Below, one piece after another: positions 34,801 through 44,700 of a stretch of DNA of 64,000 bases. The position numbers and the translations under genes were made by a program. Origin of the DNA: Amoebophrya sp. A120. Taxonomy: Eukaryota; Protista; Dinoflagellata. The notes under the pieces are model-generated. The model was not told the DNA's origin and searched no databases. It saw only the letters and a program-made list of their open reading frames with translations. The stretch spans positions 11,102,163 to 11,166,162 of the forward strand of contig CAJINV010000001.1 of assembly GCA_905178155.1 (NCBI GenBank), in the 5' to 3' direction. Each line of letters opens with the position of its first letter. The stretch's first letter is position 1.

Positions 34801-37411
34801 GCAAAGAACCAGACGAGCTTCAACTTCGACAAGTTGTATCAAAGTGAAAAAAGCCCCCACCCCATATCGGAAACGGAAGGTGCGCGAATTTGTGATGCTG
34901 TATTTGAGTACACAAATCGACTTGTATTGCTAGAAGTCCAAGAGACGAGGCTGCGGCCTAAATTGCAGGCAATCTGTCACGTTGTTTCCCGCTTCTAGTT
35001 GCATCCTGTCATCCTGGAGCTGCAAGGCTTTCCCACGCTAGGCAGCACTACAGACCGCATCTTTTGCCTTCTAGCATCGCAAAGCTGACCACAAATCTGC
35101 ATGACAGATTTCCGTTTTGATATGGGGAGGGGGCATTTTTCATTGTAATAAGTTGCCACTGGTGACCAAGGCGGTTTACGGTTATTTGGCGCAGGCGGAC
35201 GTTATCACACACAAAGAGCCAAGTATAGCACAACACTTCTGTACGTCTGGCTACATAAAAGAAAAAAGATACTTCAGACAGAACACTCCATTTTATTCCT
35301 ACAATAATTTTTCGCATGACATCAAATCCCTTGCATGATGTTGAGGATGCAAACTACCACTCATATGAATAGAACAAGGACGAGAAGCACATGCATCGAA
35401 GTCCTCGGAAAGATCTGTTGTCATGGGCTAGCCCCACCTGTCAGCATGCTGTTTAGGGTATGCGTATGCAAATTTCACTTTAGAAGTTTCGAGAACAAGA
35501 ATGCTGCGCTAGCTCTTTCGCCGGCATGCACGTTCTTGGCCGGGCCATCGGGGATATGATTGTGGAAGACGAATCCAACGCGTGGCTGATAGAAATGGGC
35601 ACCAAGCTAGCCGCGAACACAACCTTCGCTACAGACTACGTTCCTGGCATGGTTGGTCTGGAGTCAAATCAAAGCTTTTTAGTTTCCCTTTAAAACGTTA
35701 ACACGCAGGAGCTGCAACTGTAATGGGAACCGTTTATGAAAATCAATCTATCATAGTAGTGGATAAGGATGTACAACAAAACTACTTGTACTACAACAGA
35801 GGCCCATCAATCATAGTAGTGGATAAGGAAATAGAATATTTGACGTGACTCCTGCAGCCGCTTTTTGCGTTGATACGGCTTTGTGGCAAACGATGCTGAC
35901 AGATCAGGACTGGCTGGACGGCCTGATCGGCAAGGGGGTTGACTTCGATGACCGCTCGGGGGCGATGTTTCGCGACCACATTGCCGACCACATCATCCAG
36001 GATCGCAGACTCATCATCAATGTTGCGCACCTGCTCGTCGGCCTTCCCATCTTGACAACTACCAGCACCACTACCACCGCTGCGGGCATACTGTCTCTTG
36101 CAGAAACGGCACGGGAGGAGGAAAGAACCGGGGGCGAGGACAAGATACGAAGAGCAGACGAAAGGGAAGAAGCAACTTCCGCTGGTGGAAAGACTCGGCG
36201 CGCAGAGGTGGACCCGACGAGAATTACCGCAGTGGACGCGGCCAATGACCAAAGTAAAGCCGATGGCTCTTCGTCTTCACCAACTACCTCCTCTCTCATG
36301 TCGGTGATAGAAGCAAAACGAGCCGGCGAGGAAGCCGAAGCGTCTGTCAGGGACGGGACGACAGCTAAGGCATCCACTGGGGGCACCAGTAGAAGTTCGA
36401 GTTCCACAACAGTGGCGGACCACGAGGACGGAAAGAATACTGGTTTAGAAGACCACCTCCAGGCGACTTCGCAAGTTGACCGTTTATCGGCCTCGGAGAA
36501 AAAAGTTAAGATGGCGACCGACAGCGCAGTGGAAGCTACGAGGACACCGAATCCAGCACGCTTTGTGTTCGAAGCGCTCTTTGGCAAGAGTACCGATTCC
36601 GCTGCAGGAGGAGGTGCCGCGACCTCCTTTCTCGAACTGAAAGCCGAACGGGCGGAGCCAACAGGCGGCGCAAACGAGACCAGCGGCGCCATGTATCAGA
36701 GTGCACTGCTTGTCCTCTTCTTAATGCGAAGGGCATGGCGGGCAAGAACAGAGTCCTCGAGGGCAGAAGTGTAGTATACATAGTACTCCTATGTTGAATT
36801 GAAATGTTTGAAGTACTTGTTCTGGCATGAAAAAAGAAGACGGGATAAGCTGTGCACTGCGATACCGTGGAGAGCGTTTTGAAGCAGGCGGAGGCGAAGA
36901 CGCAGCAACAGTTCTGGACGGATCTCTCGCTCGCTCTAGTGGACGATGACTTCTTTCTCAGAAAGGTGCTTTTTCTCAGGGGTCTTTTCTAGTCTTGCGT
37001 GTCGATGTCGCCAACATTTTGCCCCCTAGTAAATTTCAATTTCTGTCTGCTTTTTGTTCTACTTCAGGTGAGGTACCACGTGGAACAACGCACGAGACGT
37101 TATTCAAAAATCCCAGCTGTTTATGTTTTTTTCAACAGGTCTCTCATTTCGCACAGAAGAACGTGCTGGAGCGGCCGTTGGAGCTCGCGCTTGACTATCG
37201 ACAGATGCTTGCGGAGAACATCGCGAAGAATCCGGATTTGCTCGAGGACGCTGTGAACGTCATCGCGAACAAGTTGCTCGCAAATTTCGACGCCTTTGTG
37301 GCGGAAATCAAGTCGAAAATCCTAGGTATGGGGCCCTTGGGCGAGACTTTCCTGAACAACGTCGCAGCCGAGCTGATCGGCGAACCCGTCATGAAGATGC
37401 CCGATGCGTAA
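31885..37411 (+). CDS. Multi-exon secreted protein with helical L-x-x-[DN]-x-x-[FL] repeat blocks (possible paralogue of the 23183-29452 gene)
   Basis: Exons about 31885-32655, 33251-33409, 33768-34209, 34574-34836, 35156-35200, 35532-35639, 35869-36692, 36866-36964, 37139-37411; hydrophobic leader FFVLFLDSLFLFL. Confidence 0.65.
34210..34573 (+). mobile_element. TIR-bounded GT-AC intron
   Basis: GTACGAAGACGAA versus TTCGTTTTCATAC (11/13); removal gives ATQ-T-NSDQNA in frame. Confidence 0.65.
34837..35149 (+). mobile_element. Long-TIR non-canonical intron with AAGTTG direct repeat
   Basis: About 40-bp TIR (TGAAAAAAGCCCCCACCCCATATCGGAAACGGAA versus TTCCGTTTTGATATGGGGAGGGGGCATTTTTCA); AAGTTG at 34831-34836 and 35150-35155; joins FDKL to PLVTKAV. 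Confidence 0.8.
35201..35531 (+). mobile_element. GT-AC intron with ACGTT direct repeat and degenerate TIR
   Basis: Joins YLAQAD to VLGRAIGDM; AAAGAGC...AGCA versus TGCT...GCTCTTT. Confidence 0.55.
35640..35868 (+). mobile_element. GT-GC intron with CGTT direct repeat and subterminal inverted repeat
   Basis: GGAGTCAAATCAAA...TTTCCCTT versus AAGGAAA...TTTGACGTGACTCC; joins FATDY to VDTALWQ. Confidence 0.6.
36693..36865 (+). mobile_element. TIR-bounded GT-AC intron
   Basis: GTATCAGAGTGCACTGCTTGTCCTCTTCTT versus AAGAAGACGGGATAAGCTGTGCACTGCGATAC; flanks CAT/CGT; joins TSGA to VESVLKQ. Confidence 0.8.
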
Positions 37412-38715
37412 CTGCAAGCGAAGCAGCACGGGGTTTGCGAAAGTGGAAAGATCTTCTTCAAGCTTGATGGGGGCATCCGAGTCGTCTGAGCACAGTGTGT
37501 GTGGGTATTACTCCACGAGGCCGACAACGCGGGCAAGTTAGACATCAACTTGATTCTGTTTATACACCAAATCAACTAATACTAAATCTTCTAAACCTAT
37601 CCCTATCCGCTGAGGATAAACTAAAATCTAAAGAAAAGACGATAACTCGAGAATAAAGTTTGTTATTTTAGTTTTTCACATCTGGATCTGGCCCTGGCCA
37701 GTTTCACGATGGCCTTAAACGCAAGAACACAAAGCTTTTTTTGGAAAATTTCAAGAGCGACGAGAACTCCTAAGCACCTGCGGGACGTCGAGGAGGCAAA
37801 AGCACCAAGTGCGAGTGTCGGTCTGTATTTGCAGCTTCTCACGGCGCTTCGTTGTGCTAATGTGGTTTCAAAGTCGGTGTATGTAGAGAAGGAAATGTAT
37901 TGTACAATTACACTCTCATGAAAGATACGCAATGTCGTGCTGAAATTGTCTTGCAGGCACGTCGCCGTCAGCCGTGAAGGTGTTTCACGTGCTTTCTTCA
38001 AAAAACGGGCTTTGGCATAATAAATTCACATGGCTACCAAATCGAAATGAACCTAGACGCAGATATCACTTCCTTCCGAGGCCACCTTCTATATTCGATT
38101 TCCATCTCGATCTTCTTCTTCGCGACTCTGATGTGAGCGCTCCCGCCTCCATGTTTGTCTTTGTTTTGCAAAGACGTGCCTTCCCGCGAGAACTGTTCCC
38201 TATTGTTCTACCTGTCGCTAGTATTCCACGTAAGTTAACAACTTTTTCCGCTGAATATCAATATGAATGCGATGAATGTCTACTTCTACTTCATCACAAG
38301 GCCGGTATCTGCTTTGTAGCTTTTGCTTTTCATCAATCTTGACATACACGACGTTGCGTTGCCTTCACAGGGGCCAACGCCAACAGAGCAGGGATGAGCA
38401 AAAAGAGGAGCGAGAGTGTGTGAGCAGCTGTGTGTCTGTTCTGTAGTGAAACGAGTGCCTGTGCCAGGAAAATTGACGTAAAAACTACTCTCTCCTGTCT
38501 CAGATGCTATCAAAAACGATCTATTTCTATGCCTCTTTGTCATGATTTGCGCAAGCGCCGGAGTGGCGTCGACCCCGGTCAAGGTGCACTTCCGTACCAA
38601 TATAAAAGAGGGAAAGTCAAAACTCTCTACTATATCTTCGATCCTTTTGAGATCAGACCATAGCGAGAAAATGGATGCAGTAAAGAAATCTAGAAGAAAA
38701 GCCAGGTCCTCGTAG

Positions 38716-41700
38716 ATGAGTTGCCTTGATGCCTCCACCGAGGACCGCGGAATGTCGGTCCAATTTGGCGGATCGTCTGCGAGCTCGTCCTCGCACTGCG
38801 GCGGATCGACGTCCTCGTCATTAAGGACAAGTTGTAGTGCTCGAAGTAGGATGACCACGCAATCGCAAATAAAAACTCCGGGCGTAGCGTCCTCGTCGGC
38901 CAAAGGACCCGCTCGTATTGACCAGAGCATGGTGCGGACCAGGCGGGAAAAAATAAGACGAGGAGTCCGCGAAGACCGGAGGGCAGGCGCACGTCGGGCG
39001 GGGAGCGTGATCTCAGTTTCCGACACGAAGAACACTAGCTCTAGCACGGCGAGCTCGAGACCCTACCGTCGACGGATCTTTGCCGGGTGCGTCGCGCCTC
39101 TAGTTGCTTCAGGTGCCCTTTTGAACAAAAAACACGCAGGCTCGGGCGCGTCTCTGTGTCCTGCGGAAGAGGGCATCTGCGTCATAGATCCCGAAAGCAG
39201 CAAGGTGGTATTTTCGGCGCCAAAATGTGGAGCCTTCGGCGTGCAGTCCAAGTACACGATCCCCACGACTGGCGGCAGGTAAGACTCACTAGCATGAAAA
39301 GTGAATGTTGGTGATGATTGCTGCTATGAAAAGTGAATGTTGGTGGTCCATGTAGGTCAAAGATGATTGCTGCTATCATGCCTACCACGGCGCGGGCCAA
39401 TATTTATACAAACGGATCTTCAAGAACAAATAAGCGATAGCGAAGGAACTACGAAGCGAGGGAAGACCTCCGCGAGCTTGACGTGCGGAAAATATGTGAT
39501 TGAAGATAAAAACAACAACGCAGCTCCGTCAGTAGTTTCGCAGAGGTGATACCCGAGCCTGGTCATTTACTGCTCGAAGCCCGCACGTGTGACGCGTCGC
39601 ACAGCTCCGATGCCTCCGCAGGAGAGTTGGTCAGTGCAGCGGCTCAAGGGAGTGGTGGCACAGCAACTTCCTCCGAGCTTGTCGCGGACGGCTTACCGGT
39701 CCTGAGTGGCTGTGCGTTTGCCAACTTGGATAAGCAGCTCCTGTACAACAATCACCACCTGACGCTCCAAGGGTGTACTCCCAACAACGCTGCTATGGAA
39801 GCGTCAGGTTTGAAATCGTCAAAGTTGAAATAATTTGTAATGCATAAAATGCATGACCTGAGGCACGTGCGTTGCAGAGTAGGCAAGTGAGGCCGATTGT
39901 AAGCCTGTTTGGGGTTACAGCTCGAGCTGCTGAAGTAGGATGAGGAAATCGCTCTTCTTTGCCTAAACAGCATGACAAAGTGGATTTAGGGACCACCGAA
40001 GTTTGTCTTGCGCCACTTGGAAACTGGGTCCCAACTCGCATCCATTTTATGCATGGCAAATTATTTCAACTTTGTCGATTTCAACTCTTACACATCCATA
40101 GCTGCCCCGAAAAGCCACACCGCCCAGTCCTCTACTAGCCTGGGCGCTCTGGCACTGCTTGAAAAAGAACACGGAGAGATTTCTAGGAGAAAGGGGGAGA
40201 ATCACTATTTTGCGGCGTCACACCGACCCAGCGCACCAATGACCATTAGTTACCTGCAAACTTCGAAACAAAATCCCGCAGATGCGCCACAGCAGGTTTC
40301 TCTTTTTTATTTTTGATTCAAGGCCAGATAAGCATCAGGATTATAGCTGCCGCTTATTCCTCGTTGCCGAAAGAACTGTTTTGACTTTAGTACCTGTAGC
40401 TTGCTGGTGGTCTCTTGTCAGCTCCAGATCCACTGTTTCTCTCCTCCTCCGCAGACTTGTAATGCATTCAACTACCAAGGTCGTCTTCAAGGCACAAGGC
40501 TGCAAAATGTTTATCACTTTCGTGGGCGGCGTAACATCTGCAGTGGAAAACCTTGGAAATTCAACAGTTGAGGTAAATTCTGGTAGGATTTTCATTCTCG
40601 TTTGGTTGATGCCACGGTTTCCTCAGTGGCTTTGGCGCTTCTAGTTGTAGTTGTGCGTAGTTGCTTCAGATTGTTATTTGATATCATGAGACCTCCGAAA
40701 GAACCTTCGCTCTTCTTGTACGTAGTGGTATCGATAGATGATCTTGACAACCAACATCAACCAACATTTACAATTGAGGACGACACTTTCGTTCGCAAAG
40801 AGCAGAATGTTGCGGCCTCGCAGTTATACACCCATGTACTGGTGTAGTCGTGATCAGCTATTGAATATAATCAGGTGAAGAACTGTGCTCGCACCGGACA
40901 TCAGATGGACCAGTATGGCATTCTGGTGTCCGGCATCAACTGCGAGGCTATTGACCTGCAAACGCCAGAGCAGGCAAACGTGCGCACGGAGGGCAACTTC
41001 ACGCTGACGCAATGCCAGAAAACCAGCGTGCTGCAGGGTCCAGACGTGGACATCACCGCCAACCCTGCTGTAGCAGCTGCAGCCGCCGGAGCCGCCGGAG
41101 CAGCGGCAGCCGCGGGTGGTGGAACGCCCACACCAGCTGCAGGCGGTGGTGGACCGGCGCTACCGACACTGAAGCAGGAGCCCGTTGTGATGAGCAATCC
41201 GGGCGGCGTGGTTGCGGTGCCGAGTCGCGAGCTGCCACCGCGGGAGGCGCCTGCTGGGGACCACCAGGAGGTCGCGCGGGGAACTCCGGTACCAACGCCC
41301 TCGTCCGGCGCGTCGTCGTCCGCGGCGACAACTAGCAGTGCCGTCGTGCCAACTGCTGCTACTTCAGCGACGCAGCGGACTAGGACACAGGGAAAGGAGA
41401 TCGCCGCAGACGAGCTGAAGAAAGTTGTCGAGAGTGCGGCCGAGGAACTCATGAAAGCAGCCCCAAGGAAGAAGGAAAGTACAACTTATTTTTGATGCGA
41501 CAATCGTTGCATTTCTAATTATTCCAATTTCACGGTCAGGCTCAGGAGGTGGATTGTCTGCTAAACAAAAAATGCAGCTGCGTCCAAAGATTTTTTATCG
41601 CCTTGGTCTCTTGTCAGGTGGAAGTGGAACGGCAGTGGCGACAAGCTTTCTGCAAGAGCAAATGTTAGCTTCGGGGACAGCAGCACCATCACTAGGCGCA

Positions 41701-44700
41701 CCGCAACCACTCGGGGCTGATGTGGGGTATTGAATGTCACTAAGTTTCATGTTTGGACGAACTTATCTGCATTTTTACATCATAGGCTCCGCTCTGCAGA
41801 GAGCGACACTTATAACATCACTAGCCGAAGAAAAATTGCAAGAGAGATGGCGCGCAACAAGCAGATGACTAGAGTCAATCGCAGATCATTTTTTTTTCGG
41901 AAAGTTCCGGGTCAGTTCTAAAATGAAGTTGTACAGGATGAGTGTATGCCTTCTGAACGCATTTCCATGTCGCGTCAATAGTTTCACACGCAACGTCGCC
42001 TCGCTGCTCTCACTTCAACGAATGTTTCATGCCATATCACACGACAAGCAGAAGCACGGTCAAGTTTGATTAGCTATGGATCTCTTCGATAGTAAGAATC
42101 AGAATGAGGATATTACGACACATGTTCAACATGGTGCGCTCCAAGAGCATGTAGCACGACAGAAAAATCAGAAACAAGTACGAGGTGCCTCAGGGATACT
42201 TTTCTCTGCTGGCGGAAGCAAGTCTAGACTCTTGACCTCTCTGGGCTTGCGTGGAGTTGGTCTGTTCTCCCCTCATCGGGCCTCGCTTTCCTCTTACGAA
42301 GAAAATAAGTACAAATAGAACCGGGCCGGTTTTGGAGCACTTTGTGTTTGCTCGCCACATTCTTATTGACGATCATCCAATTTATTATCTCAACCAAGAT
42401 CGTGCTTTCCTCTTGCTCACAGCTTCGTGTAGTACAAAAAAGTCTGTTGCTTTTCCCGTTCGACGTATCTGTGCTTCTGTAGTGACTATGAATGGTACTT
42501 GGAGGACTTGGTTAGAAGTGTTGTCGTCTCATTGATTCCAGTATGCTTGTTTTCGAAGTTTAGTATGGTTTTTTTCTTGATAATCCAATTTGTGTGCGCC
42601 TCGTTGCTCTTGCTCTCGTGGGTAGAAAATGACGTGCGTCTTGATTGTCTCACAATCCTTGCTCCTTGTAACCTCCAAACGAACACGACAGACTCGTCGG
42701 CGCGGCGCTGCTTCAGAATCTTCCGCAGTGGGATCTGACGGAAATTCGACGCACTTTGCAGGAGATACGCCACGACGATGCGCCTCCATCAGCAACCGAT
42801 AGGTTGACTAGAAAAACACCAAGCACGACAACCTCGTATAATCCGGCGCGGGAAATAAAAACGGCCGAGGCCAGCACCGGAATTCCGATACGGAGCGCGT
42901 TTAACATTGCGAGCAGACAAAGCGACCCAGGCAATGGGCAGAAAAATAAGGACGTCGACCCTATGGCCGGTGCGGCGTCGCAAATGCACCGTCCCGGAGC
43001 GGAGCCGGTCGCTCCTTCAGCGGTATCGAGTGCGCGGTCGCCTTCCGGCGCTGTTGTCACTTCCTTGCTGCAAGAGATGGCCTTGCAACTCGCGGCCATC
43101 GATCGCACGATGGATCAGCGAACGCAGGGCGAAGCCGCATCGGAGAGGACGGGAGCAGAGACCAAAGAGGTGACATTCGCAGTAAAGATCGGGAATCGTG
43201 ATAGCGCGGCTAGTGGCACCGGTGATAATGATCGCGACGAAACCACCGCAGCTGCGCCAACAGCCGCAAGCTTGGCAGAAAAAGCTCGAGAAATACTGGC
43301 AGAGCGCCGAAGTCAAGAAAATGGGAGAGAGGACGCCGACGCCGTCGAGGGTCGCAGTAGACTCGACGGGGCTAGTGACGACCAGGGAGAGGAACAAGCA
43401 GATGGTAGCTCCAGCAAAACAAATCAAGTACCACCTCCGCCAGGCGCACCGGCCGCACAACCGGGAGCAGGTACGCCCACGGGAACCCCGGGAGGTCTTC
43501 CACCGATGCCGCCTCTGAGTGTTCCCTTGCCCATGCCACCAGTGGCCGGGCTAGTTGGAAGCACGCAACAGCCACCGACGCAAAGCGGCTCACAACCAGC
43601 GCCTGCAGGGGCGGGCGGGCCGGGTGCTCCGGCGAGCGGCAACAGCGCACCGAGTCCGCCGAACACAAACGGCAACAGCAAACCCAATCCGGATTGTGAC
43701 GACAAAGAACAGGACCCGGTGCCCGATTTTTGCAAAAGCGCCGCACTGGTCACGAATGCAAACGACAACGCGCAGACACCCCCGCAGACCGCACCATCGG
43801 GCGAAAATTGTGACGCAGCGCGCACGCGGTACCGCAAAGCATTGGCTGAAGCGGGCACTGCGATCGCTAACGCGGTTTGCCAGAACGGCAAGTTGTTCAA
43901 GACCGACGCGTTCAAGTACAGGTGCAACCAGAGTCCCTGCACCCAGGACGACGACGCGGTTTGCTGCGACGGCGAGACGTCGAACTTCATGGACTTTGCG
44001 GTGATGGACCAGACCAAAGGGAAATTGGATTTCAGCTCGGGGAAGTGCGGGTCGATTACCGTCACGGGCGGGGACGTCAACCTGTCTGTGCCGAACCGCC
44101 CGGGCACGAAGGTGACCGCGTGGGACTGCCAGAGCACGGAGCACGACCCGTCTTCCGGGGGCACTGCACCGGACACGCTGGACATCACTGTACGTGGCTG
44201 CACCAAGGTCGAATCCGACCCGCCGGGAATACGTATTGCAAAAGCATCGCAGTAGTACGAAATTCGGAAGGATGCTGTGTTTATGGATAGAAACTTGAAC
44301 TGAAGATGAAGAAGAATTGGCCTTGTATGAAATACTGCTGCTTGTTATGTGACTGCCGCTTGTCTTTGACATGTACTGTCCCTGCAGCAATTCAAATTGC
44401 TACTATACCATTGAGCTCCTGTGCGATTGCGGCATTTTTGCAATGCACAGGGGAACGACAACAACAATTTGGTGGAGAGCAACGACGGGAAGCACACGGT
44501 GAACATCATGGCGAAGGCATGCCAGGGCACTAAGATCGTCAGCGAGCAGCGGGAGAATACGGCGAACTGCAAGGAGGGCGACAACGTGAATAGTGTGGCC
44601 TGCAGCAACATGGGCCGCAGCCTGGGGTCATCCTGCACCTGCATGTGGCACGGAGTGGCGTACCCGGGCACATACCAGGCAAACGTGTCCGGGCAGACCT

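Noticed and set aside
39279-39545. Exact exon/intron structure here
   Set aside because: The GTAAG donor phase does not match the nearby acceptors; I could not fix the junction confidently.
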